From Myxococcota bacterium (lineage in GTDB: Bacteria > Myxococcota_A > UBA9042 > PHBI01 > JAWLBL01), in contig JAWLBL010000008.1 of NCBI GenBank assembly GCA_041687695.1, forward strand, positions 64,001 to 128,000: a stretch of DNA of 64,000 nucleotides. Direction: 5' to 3'. Made by a program: the position numbers and the translations under genes. Positions 36,447 to 48,665 of the stretch are shown here, one piece after another. The notes beneath the pieces were generated by a model. It was not told the origin of the DNA, ran no database searches, and saw nothing but the letters and a program-made list of their open reading frames with translations. The stretch's first letter is position 1. Each line of letters starts with the position of its first letter.

Positions 36447-37674
36447 GCGGCGGCCTCGGCGGCGTGGGCGGCGCTGGGGTCGGCGGCGCGGGTCGCGTCG
36501 GGGGCGGCGGCGAGCGCGTCGAGGAAGTCGCCCAGCAGCGGGAAGACCAGCCGCGCCGCGTCGCGGGCCAGGATGAGGTCGCCGTGGCCCCAGTCGGAGT
36601 CCGCGAGGACGGCCTGGACGTCGCCCGGGGGCAGGTCGAGGGCGGCGAGGGCGGCGGGCGCGGAGGCGCCGACGACGCGGAGGCGGGCGGGGCCGGCGGC
36701 GGCGCGGTAGCCGGCGGCGACGGCGGAGGGGGGCGCGAGGCGATCGTCGGTGCCAGCGACGAACAGGGTGGGTAGGCGCGCTTGGGCGAGGCGGGCGGTG
36801 TAGTCGATGGCGCCGTCGCGCGAGCGGGGCGTGCCGGAGGCAGAAATCCAGGCGTGGAACTGGTCGAGGACCCCGGCGGGGATGTCCTCGATGGCCTCGT
36901 GCATGGCCAGGCGCAGGACGGGGGCGTCGATGTTGGCCGGGTTGAGGATGACGCGGGTGACCGGTCCGCCGATGCGGCCGCCGAGCCAGGCGTTGCGGCG
37001 GGCGGGCCAGCGCAGGGGGACGGCGCGGCGGGCCGAGGGGAGGGCGCGGGTGACGGCGCGGCCGGCGCGGGTGGCGAGCGGCAGCAGGCGCTGGGCATTG
37101 AAGGCGAGCGGGGTGCCCAGGCAGGTGAGCGAGCGGAGCTGCGGCGCGGTGTCGGGGGCGCCGGCGAGGGCGGCGCCGATGATGCCGCCCATGCTGTAGC
37201 CGACGAAGTCGAGCTGGGCGGCGCCGGTGACGCGGGTGATGAGGCGCAGGGCGGCCGGCGCGTCGCGGCGGGCGAGGTCGTCGAAGGTCCAGGTCCCGGG
37301 GGCGGCGCCGGGCCGAGCGCCGCGGCGGGCGAGGCCGCAGCCGCGCAGATCGAGCAGCCAGACGTCGTGGCCGCGGGCGTGCAGCCAGCGGGCGAGCGAG
37401 CGGTCGGCGTCGAGATCCAGGCTCTGGTGGTTGGTGGCGATGCCGTGGACGAGCAGCACCGGGCGGCGGCCGGGCGGCAGCGGGGCGGCGGGCGCGTAGC
37501 GGTACAGGGGCAGGCGCCAGCCGTCGTCGGTGGTGGCGAAGTGGATGGCGTCGAAGGTCTGGTCGCCGGCGTAGCGGGTCGCGAGCGCGCGCTTGTACAC
37601 GGCCGCCGTCACCAGGACGGCGACGGCGACGAGGGCGACGAGCGCGAGCCCGAGCGCGACGACGGCGGCGACGC

Positions 37675-37678
<4 letters not shown>
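36443..37678 (-). CDS. Alpha/beta hydrolase with N-terminal TM anchor (lipase or PhaC-like fold)
   Basis: TDDGWRL, VLLVHGI, LDLRGCG, GYSMGG nucleophile elbow, AGTDDRLAP and WGHGDL motifs. Confidence 0.8.
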
Positions 37679-40356
<2,678 letters not shown>

Positions 40357-40400
40357 CGATGTCCCCGAGGTGATGGGAAGCTGGGGCCGGGGCGCGCGCG

Positions 40401-41675
40401 TCAGCGGACGTCGCGCGCCTCCTCGAGCCGGATGATGAGCTGCAGGCGGTGGCCGGCGCGGGCGACGTCGACCGGCATGTCGCGCCCGGTCACGCCCGCC
40501 GCGACCTGCAGGCGGAACTCGGCGACGCTGCGCACCGCGCGGCCGTCGAGGCTGACGATGACGTCGCCGGCGCGCAGGCCGCCGAGCGCGGCGGGGCTGT
40601 CGTCGACGACGCCCGAGACGACGACCCCGCCAGGGGCGCCGGCGAACTCCTCGGCCGGGCGGACGAAGACGCCGAGCCAGCTGCGGCTGACCTGGCCGCC
40701 CTGTTTGAGGCGCGGCAGGGCGTCGCGGACGATCGGCCACGGGATGGCGAAGCCGATGCCCTGGCCTTCGGCGCTGACCGCCGTGTTGAGGCCGACGATG
40801 TGGCCGCGCATGTCGAACAGCGGCCCGCCCGAGTTGCCCTCGTTGATGGCGGCGTCGGTCTGGATGAGGTCGTGGTAGCCGGTGCGGGCGTTGATGAGCT
40901 CGGCGCGGCCGGTGGCGCTGACGATGCCCTTGGTCAGGGTGTGGCTGAGGCCGAAGGGGTTGCCGATGGCGATGACCCAGTCGCCGACCTCGAGGGCGTA
41001 GGGCTCGGCGGGGACGACCGGGAGCAGGGCCGAGGCGCCGTCGACCTTGAGCAGGGCGAGGTCGCGGACCGGGTCGATGCCGACGAGGCGGGCGGGCAGC
41101 TCGCGGTCGTCGTGGAAGCGCACGCGGATCTCGGCGGCGTTCTCGACGACGTGGGCGTTGGTGATGATGTGGCCGTCGCGGTCGAGGACGGCGCCGCTGC
41201 CGAGTGAGGTGCCCAGCGCGTCGGCGGGGGCCAGGGGCGCGAAGGGGTCGGCGATGCGCTCGTGGATGACCTCTTGCGTGTAGACGTTCACGACCGAGGG
41301 CGACAGGCGCTTGAAGAGCGCGACGAAGCTGGGGACGAGCGTCGGGTCGGCGGCGGCCGGGGCGGGCGCGGCGTCGGCGGGGCCGGAGCTCATCGGCTCG
41401 GCGTCCGCGGGCTGCGCGTGGGCGGCGGCGTCCGCGGGCGACGGCTCGAAGGAGCCGAAGTCCGCCCCGGGCGCAGGATGCAGTGAGGCCTGCACGCGGG
41501 CGCTCTCGCGCGGGGCCGGCGTCTCGTACCAGTCGGCCGGGCGCGACTCGCCGCAGCCCGCCCAGGGCGCGGCGGCGCCCAGGCTCAGGGCGAGGCCGAT
41601 GGCGGCGGGGAGCGCGCGGCGGGAGGCCCGAGGAGGGCCGGCGGGGCGGGCGGAGCGCATGGATTCGGTGGGCAC
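40401..41675 (-). CDS. HtrA/DegP-family serine protease with a single PDZ domain, probable lipoprotein
   Basis: TNAHVV, DLALLK and IQTDAAINEGNSGGPL catalytic triad; C-terminal PDZ; leader ending WAGC. Start may be 41660. Confidence 0.85.
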   Translation of the reverse strand: MPTESMRSARPAGPPRASRRALPAAIGLALSLGAAAPWAGCGESRPADWYETPAPRESARVQASLHPAPGADFGSFEPSPADAAAHAQPADAEPMSSGPADAAPAPAAADPTLVPSFVALFKRLSPSVVNVYTQEVIHERIADPFAPLAPADALGTSLGSGAVLDRDGHIITNAHVVENAAEIRVRFHDDRELPARLVGIDPVRDLALLKVDGASALLPVVPAEPYALEVGDWVIAIGNPFGLSHTLTKGIVSATGRAELINARTGYHDLIQTDAAINEGNSGGPLFDMRGHIVGLNTAVSAEGQGIGFAIPWPIVRDALPRLKQGGQVSRSWLGVFVRPAEEFAGAPGGVVVSGVVDDSPAALGGLRAGDVIVSLDGRAVRSVAEFRLQVAAGVTGRDMPVDVARAGHRLQLIIRLEEARDVR

Positions 41676-41829
41676 CCTGGGCGCGGCGTCGCCGCAGTGT
41701 GGCCGGGGCGGGAGCGGCCGGTGACGCGCTACGCTCGCGGGAGCGCAGGCCGTCCGGGCGACACGTGGCCCGGCGGGGGCCCACTGTACACCAGGCGCGT
41801 CGGATGAGCGCGCCCCGGGGACAGGTCGA

Positions 41830-42168
41830 TCAGGCGTCGCCGAAGCGCTTGCGGACCTCGAGGAAGGCGAGGCGGGACTGATAGAGCACGCCGGAGAGCA
41901 GCTGAGCCTCGTCCTGGCTCAGGTTGCCGCGGGTCTTGACCTCGAGCATCGCGAGGATGTCGATGGTCTGCTGCGCGAGGGCGTAGTCGGGGGGGCCGCT
42001 GGAGGCCTCGCCCAACGCGTCGACCACCCCGAGGTGGACCATGACGTTGCTGCCCAGCGAGATGACGAACGTGGAGAAGTCGATCGGCTCGCCGGCGTCG
42101 CTCGCGCGGGCGGCGTCGCCACGCGCGGGGGCGCCTTCGACGGGGCGCTCGAGGGTGTCAGTCTTCAT
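41830..42168 (-). CDS. DUF1844 family protein
   Basis: IDFSTFVISLG...LG...LAQQTIDILAMLEVKTRGNL..DE..LL pattern. Confidence 0.8.
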   Translation of the reverse strand: MKTDTLERPVEGAPARGDAARASDAGEPIDFSTFVISLGSNVMVHLGVVDALGEASSGPPDYALAQQTIDILAMLEVKTRGNLSQDEAQLLSGVLYQSRLAFLEVRKRFGDA

Positions 42169-42352
42169 CCTCGTCCTCGTCGTCCTCGTCGTCGTCCCAG
42201 TCGTCGTCGTCCGGCAGCGAGATGTCGATGGTCTCGGCCTGATCGGCGACGTCGGGCAGCCCGACGAGCATCTCGTCGATGGCCTCCTGGTTGATGAAAC
42301 CCTTGGCGAGGTCACGTCGGAGGAGGCGTACGTCCTTCTTCAGGTCTTCCAT
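42158..42352 (-). CDS. Small hypothetical protein with acidic tail (64 aa)
   Basis: MEDLKKDVRLLRRDLAKGFI...LPDVAD...DDDDWDDDEDDEDEDED; overlaps the DUF1844 start. Confidence 0.7.
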   Translation of the reverse strand: MEDLKKDVRLLRRDLAKGFINQEAIDEMLVGLPDVADQAETIDISLPDDDDWDDDEDDEDEDED

Positions 42353-42566
42353 GTCGCGGCTACCCCTGCAGGTTCGGTGTGGTCGGGCCTCGGACGGGCC
42401 CCGGCCGGATGCCCTATTAGGAACGGGCCTCGCGCTTGTCAAGGACGGCGCTGCGTCGTCGGCTCCCGGGCTTGACGCTCGGCGGGTGCCTCCTTATACG
42501 ACGGTCCGCCCCCGGAGCCCGTCTCCGGGCCGCCGACCTCCGCAAGACGAACCCACGGGAGCGACG

Positions 42567-42896
42567 ATGAACCCCAGCGCCAGCGCGGTCCGCGTGGTCC
42601 TGTGCACCTGCCCTCCGGCCGAGGCGAGCCGCCTCGCCCGCGCCCTGCTCGAGGAGCGGCTGGTCGCGTGCGTGAACGTCGTCAGCGGCGTCCGCAGCCT
42701 GTACTGGTGGAAGGACGCCGTCAGCGAGGACGAGGAGAGCCTGCTGGTCATCAAGACCACCGTCGAGCGCTACCCCGAGCTCGAGCGGCGCCTGCCCGAG
42801 CTGCACCCCTACGACTGCCCCGAGCTGCTGAGCCTGGGGGTCGAGGCGGGCCTCGAGACCTACATCTCGTGGGTCTTCGACGCGACGCGCAGCTGA
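42567..42896 (+). CDS. cutA: Divalent-cation tolerance protein CutA
   Basis: LLEERLVACVN, SLYWW and HPYDCPE motifs; TTGACG-N17-TATACG upstream (42472-42500). Confidence 0.9.
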   Translation: MNPSASAVRVVLCTCPPAEASRLARALLEERLVACVNVVSGVRSLYWWKDAVSEDEESLLVIKTTVERYPELERRLPELHPYDCPELLSLGVEAGLETYISWVFDATRS

Positions 42897-43017
42897 ACGC
42901 GTCGCGAGCGTCCCGCGCGGAATAAGCAGCGCGGGCGCGCGTGTTGCCGGGCCGGACTTCGGGGTCACTTCCGCCGAGCCTCACCGGAAGCCGTCATCTG
43001 GAAAAGGAGCACACCCG

Positions 43018-44007
<990 letters not shown>

Positions 44008-44027
44008 CGCCGAACCCACGAAGGGAG

Positions 44028-44975
44028 GTGACCGTGCCGGCCACGGTTCCGCATCGGTTCGAGCCCGACGAGGCCCCCGAGGCTGACGGGCGCGCGCTCA
44101 GCCGCGAGCTGCTGCGCAAGATCCGCAAGATCGAGATCGTCACGAGCCGCAAGGTCAATGACCAGCTCGCGGGGCACTACCACTCGGTCTTCAAGGGCCG
44201 GGGGATGAGCTTCGAGGAGGTGCGCCAGTACCAGCCCGGCGACGAGATCCGCTTCATCGACTGGAACGTCAGCGCCCGCTCGAACGACGTCTACGTCAAG
44301 CGCTTCGTCGAGGAGCGCGAGCTGACGGTCGTGCTGATGGTCGACCTGTCGGCGTCGCTGCGCTTCGGGTCGGTGGCGATGCACAAGCGCGAGGTGGCCG
44401 CCGAGCTGGCGGCCCTGCTGGCCTTCAGCGCCATCAAGAACAACGACCGGGTCGGCCTCGTGCTCTTCACCGACCGGGTCGAGCGCTTCGTCCCGCCCAA
44501 GAAGGGTCGCAAGCACGTCCTGCGCCTCATCACCGAGATCCTGACCTTCCGGCCCGAGTCGCGACGCACCGACCTGACGGCGCCGCTCGGGTACCTGCCC
44601 AAGGTCATCCGCCGCAAGTCGGTCGCCTTCGTCATCAGCGACTTCCAGGCCGCGCCCGAGGGGTTCGACGCGGCGCTGCGCGTGGCGGCGCGGCGGCACG
44701 ACCTCATCCCGGTCATCGTGCGCGACCACATGGAAGAGGAGCTGCCCGACCTCGGCCTGGTGCTGGTCGAGGATCTCGAGACGGGCGAGCCGATGTGGCT
44801 CGACACGTCCAGCCGGCGGGTCCGGCAGGCCTACCGCGAGCGCACGACCGCGGCGCACAAGCGCCTGCTCCAGGCGCTGCGGCGGCTCAAGCTGGACGTG
44901 GTCGACGTGCGGACCGGCGAGGGCTACGTCCCCGCGCTGCTGCAGTTCTTCCACCTGCGCGCGAGGCGGCCGTGA
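44028..44975 (+). CDS. DUF58 (vWA-like) protein of the MoxR/Bat operon
   Basis: YHSVFKGRGMSFEEVRQYQPGDEIRFIDWNVSAR, EEREL and ISDF motifs. Confidence 0.93.
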   Translation: MTVPATVPHRFEPDEAPEADGRALSRELLRKIRKIEIVTSRKVNDQLAGHYHSVFKGRGMSFEEVRQYQPGDEIRFIDWNVSARSNDVYVKRFVEERELTVVLMVDLSASLRFGSVAMHKREVAAELAALLAFSAIKNNDRVGLVLFTDRVERFVPPKKGRKHVLRLITEILTFRPESRRTDLTAPLGYLPKVIRRKSVAFVISDFQAAPEGFDAALRVAARRHDLIPVIVRDHMEEELPDLGLVLVEDLETGEPMWLDTSSRRVRQAYRERTTAAHKRLLQALRRLKLDVVDVRTGEGYVPALLQFFHLRARRP

Positions 44976-46423
44976 GGCGGCGCGTGAGCAGGGGCGCGGT
45001 CCGCGCGTGGGCCGTCGTCGCGTGCGTCGCGGCGGCCGTCCTGGTCGGCGGCCCGGTCGGGGCCCAGACGCCGCCCGCCGGCGAGGCCGTCGCCGAGGCG
45101 CCGGTGACCCTGTCGGCCGAGCTGCGGACCCTGGGCGGGCAGGCGCCCATCACCGAGGCCCGGCTGGGCGACCGGCTCGAGCTGGTGCTGACGGTCGAGG
45201 CGCCCCGCGGCGCGCAGGTCTTCGTCCCCGACAAGCCGGCCCTCGAACGGTTCCAGACGCTGGGCGAGCGCCCGCCGACGACCCGCGCCGACGTGGGCGA
45301 CCGCGTGCGCGAGACCTACCGCATCCCGCTGTCGCCGGTGCGCGTGGGCCCGACGCGCCTCGCGGCCGTCGAGGTGCCCTACCGCCTGCCCGACGGCGCC
45401 TCGGGCGTGGTCCACACCCCCAAGCTGCGCGTCCACGTGCGCGGCCACCTCTCCAACGAGCAGGACCCCAAGCTGGGCGCCGCGCCGCCGCCGGTGCCGG
45501 TCATCACGACCAACTGGCTGCTGGTCTGGGGCCTGTCGCTGGTCGGGGCCGCCGCCGCCGCCGCGCTGCTGACCCTGGTCGCGCTGCGCGTGCTGCGATC
45601 GCGCCTGGCCGCCGCCGTGCCGCCGCCGCCGCCGCGCCCGGCCAACGAGGTGGCGCTCGACAAGCTGGCCGCGCTCGAGGCCGCCGAGCTGACGCCCGAG
45701 GCGCGCTACGCCGCGACCGCCGACATCCTGCGCGAGTACCTGGGCGGCCGCTACGGCTTCGACGGGCTCGAGATGACGACCGGCGAGCTGCGCCGGGCCC
45801 TGGTCGGCGCGGATCTGAAGGACGTGACGCCGACCCAGATCGAGGTCGCGCTGGGCGAGGCGGATCTCGTCAAGTTCGCGCGGCTGTCGCCCAGCGACGC
45901 CGAGGCGCGGGGGCTGGCGCCCGAGGTGCGGCGCATCGTCGAGGCGACCTGGGAGGCGCCGAAGGAGGAGCCGACCCCCGAGCAGGCCGCGGCCCCGAGG
46001 TTCGAGCCGGCCGAGGTGCGCGAGCGGGTGCGGGCCGGGCTCATCGACGTGGGCTTCGCGGCGGCCGTGGCGCTGTCGGCGCTGGGCGGGCTGTGGGCGA
46101 CGGGGCGGCTGGCCGAGTGGGGCTGGGCCGCGGGCGCGGCGTTCGCGGTGGTGCTGGCGGTCCGGGACGTGCTGGGGCCGGTCAGCGTCGGCAAGGCGCT
46201 GGTCGGGCTGCACGTGGTCAGCGCCGACGAGCGGCAGGCCCTGCCGGGCTGGAGGGCGCGGCTGACACGGAACGCGCTGCTCCTGGTGCCGCCGGTGGGG
46301 CTGGTGGTCGAGGGGCTGGTGCTGCTGCACCACCCGCTGCGACGCCGTCTGGGTGACGGCTGGGCGCGCACCGAGGTCGTGCGGGGCGCGAGCCGCCCGG
46401 CGCCGCGCGGAGGGCGCCGATGA
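44972..46423 (+). CDS. Bat-operon membrane protein: Ig-like N-domain, TM, helical domain, C-terminal RDD-like domain
   Basis: Signal peptide; LREYL..RYG..GLEMTTGEL and ADLVKFA typical of the third Bat-operon gene; C-terminal RAGLID...SVGKALVGLHVV...RN...RRLGDGWARTEVV (RDD-like). Confidence 0.75.
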   Translation: MRRRVSRGAVRAWAVVACVAAAVLVGGPVGAQTPPAGEAVAEAPVTLSAELRTLGGQAPITEARLGDRLELVLTVEAPRGAQVFVPDKPALERFQTLGERPPTTRADVGDRVRETYRIPLSPVRVGPTRLAAVEVPYRLPDGASGVVHTPKLRVHVRGHLSNEQDPKLGAAPPPVPVITTNWLLVWGLSLVGAAAAAALLTLVALRVLRSRLAAAVPPPPPRPANEVALDKLAALEAAELTPEARYAATADILREYLGGRYGFDGLEMTTGELRRALVGADLKDVTPTQIEVALGEADLVKFARLSPSDAEARGLAPEVRRIVEATWEAPKEEPTPEQAAAPRFEPAEVRERVRAGLIDVGFAAAVALSALGGLWATGRLAEWGWAAGAAFAVVLAVRDVLGPVSVGKALVGLHVVSADERQALPGWRARLTRNALLLVPPVGLVVEGLVLLHHPLRRRLGDGWARTEVVRGASRPAPRGGRR

Positions 46424-47535
46424 ACCTGTTCGGCCTCTGGTTCGAGGACCCCTGGTACTTCCTGGGGCTGCTGGTCGTCCCGCTGCTGGTGTGGCGCCTG
46501 GTCCGCTTGCGCGGCCGCGGGCGGGTGCCCGTGCCGTCGACGGCGGGGCTGGGCGGCGTGGCGCCCGGGCTGACGGCGCGGCTGTGGTGGGCGCCGGACG
46601 CGCTGCGCATGGCGGCCATCGCCGCGCTGGTCGTCGCCGCGGCGCGCCCGCAGGTCGAGGACCGCCGCATCGTCACGGGCGAGGGCGTGGACATCATGCT
46701 GGCGCTGGACATGTCGGCGTCGATGAACGCCGTCGACGCGACCGAGGACGAGCTCGATCGGACGCTGGCGGCCGGCAAGGCCCCGCGCAACCGGTTCGAG
46801 CTGGCGCGCGACATCCTGAAGAGCTTCATCGCCTCGCGCGAGCAGGACCGCATCGGGCTGGTCGTCTTCGGCCCCGAGGCCTGGCTGAAGTACCCGCTGA
46901 CGCTGGACTACGCGCGTCTGATGCAGACGCTGGACGGGCTGGTGCTGGACTCGGGCCTGCAGGACCCGCGCACCGGCCGCTGCACCAACGGCTGCACCAT
47001 CAGCGGCGCCGGCACCGCCATCGGCGACGCGATGGGCCGCGCCTACAACCGCCTGCGGCGCTCGACCGCCAAGAGCAAGCTCATCGTGCTCATCACCGAC
47101 GGCAAGCAGGAGGGCGGCAGCCTGGACCCGCTGGCCATCGCGCGGCACATCCGCGACCTCCCCGAGGCCGAGCGCCCGCGCGTCTTCACCTTCCTGGTCG
47201 GCACGCAGGACCAGACCTGGATGCCGCAGGTCGACTTCCGGGGCCGCTACGTGCGCGGCCCCGGCGGCCTGCCGGTCTACGGGCGGCCTTCGCGGCCCTT
47301 CCCCATCGATCCGCAGCTGCTCGAGCAGATGGCCGAGATGACGGGCGGCAAGTTCTACGCCAGCTACAACGAGACGAAGTTCCGCGAAGACGTCGCCGAC
47401 CTCGAGCGGACCGTGTTCAAGACGCGCGTCCACACGAGCCGCAGCGACGTGTTCATGCCCTGGGCGCTGGCGGCGCTGCTGCTGCTGAGCGGCGAGTGGC
47501 TGCTGCGCTTTTCCCGGTGGAGGAGCATCGTATGA
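46420..47535 (+). CDS. batA: BatA-like vWA domain protein
   Basis: FEDPWY N-terminus; AARPQ; MIDAS DMSASM; DRIGLVVF; GTAIGDA; LITDG. Confidence 0.85.
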   Translation: MNLFGLWFEDPWYFLGLLVVPLLVWRLVRLRGRGRVPVPSTAGLGGVAPGLTARLWWAPDALRMAAIAALVVAAARPQVEDRRIVTGEGVDIMLALDMSASMNAVDATEDELDRTLAAGKAPRNRFELARDILKSFIASREQDRIGLVVFGPEAWLKYPLTLDYARLMQTLDGLVLDSGLQDPRTGRCTNGCTISGAGTAIGDAMGRAYNRLRRSTAKSKLIVLITDGKQEGGSLDPLAIARHIRDLPEAERPRVFTFLVGTQDQTWMPQVDFRGRYVRGPGGLPVYGRPSRPFPIDPQLLEQMAEMTGGKFYASYNETKFREDVADLERTVFKTRVHTSRSDVFMPWALAALLLLSGEWLLRFSRWRSIV

Positions 47536-48665
47536 CGGGCTTCGGCTGGGGCGATCTGGACGCCTGGCGCTGGGGCGGCGTGGTGTTGGCCCTCGTCGCC
47601 GGCTTCGTGTGGCTGACCGCCTGGCGGCGGGGGCGGCTGAGGGCGCTGGCCGCGCGCGGGCCGCTGCCGACGCTGCTGGACACGGCCGGCGAGGGGCGGC
47701 ACCTGCTGCGGGCGGGGCTCATCGTGCTGACCGCGATCGGCCTGGTGCTGGCGCTGATGCGGCCGCAGCACGGCACGCGCGCGACCGAGCTGAAGAACCT
47801 GGGCATCGACATCGCCATCGCGCTCGACGCCTCGAAGTCGATGAAGGTCAGGGACGTCGTGCCCGACCGCCTCACCTCGGCGCGGCTCGAGATCGATCGG
47901 CTGCTCGACGGCCTCAGCGGTGGGCAGGTGGCGCTGGTGCCCTTCGCCGGGCTGGCCTTCGTGCAGACGCCGCCGACCAGCGACTTCGAGGTGGTCAAGA
48001 CCTACCTGGACGAGCTGCGCGTCGAAGACATGCCCCGGGGCGGCACCGCCATCGGCCGCGCCATCACCGAGGCGGTGCGCGTGCTGGTGCCGTCGGTCGA
48101 GATCGAGGGCGAGGCGGGGGGCGACGCGCCGGCGGCGCTGACCGGCGGTGACGGGGCCAAGGACACCGCGGTCGCGCCCTTCGCGGGGGCGCGCCACAAG
48201 GCCATCATCCTGTTCACCGACGGCGAGGACCACGAGGGCGACCCGCTGGCCGCAGCGAAGCTGGCCGCCGATCACGACGTCCGGATCTTCACCGTGGGGG
48301 TCGGCACCGCGCAGGGCCGGCCGGTGCCCATCATCAACGACGACGGGCAGGTAGTCGGGACCATGCGCGGCCCGGACGGACGCACGCCCCTGTTCAGCGA
48401 GCTGAACAGCGATCTGCTGCGCCAGATCGCCGAGATCACCGGCGGCGCGCACTTCGACCTGGGCCCCACGGGCCTGGGCGACGGGCTGGCCAGGGCCATC
48501 GACGCCCTCGAGAAGCAGGAGTACGAGGCGACCTTCCGCCACCTGCGGGACGACCGCTTCCAGCTCGCGCTGGTGCCGGCGCTGGTGCTGCTGATCCTCG
48601 AGGCGGTGATCGGGACGGCGCGGCGGCGACGGCGCGTGCGCCCGGCGAGGGAGGGGGCGAAGTGA
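47532..48665 (+). CDS. batB: BatB-like vWA domain protein
   Basis: ALMRPQHG; DASKSM; DVVPDRL; GGTAIG; FTDGEDHEG; IFTVGVGT. Confidence 0.85.
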   Translation: MTGFGWGDLDAWRWGGVVLALVAGFVWLTAWRRGRLRALAARGPLPTLLDTAGEGRHLLRAGLIVLTAIGLVLALMRPQHGTRATELKNLGIDIAIALDASKSMKVRDVVPDRLTSARLEIDRLLDGLSGGQVALVPFAGLAFVQTPPTSDFEVVKTYLDELRVEDMPRGGTAIGRAITEAVRVLVPSVEIEGEAGGDAPAALTGGDGAKDTAVAPFAGARHKAIILFTDGEDHEGDPLAAAKLAADHDVRIFTVGVGTAQGRPVPIINDDGQVVGTMRGPDGRTPLFSELNSDLLRQIAEITGGAHFDLGPTGLGDGLARAIDALEKQEYEATFRHLRDDRFQLALVPALVLLILEAVIGTARRRRRVRPAREGAK

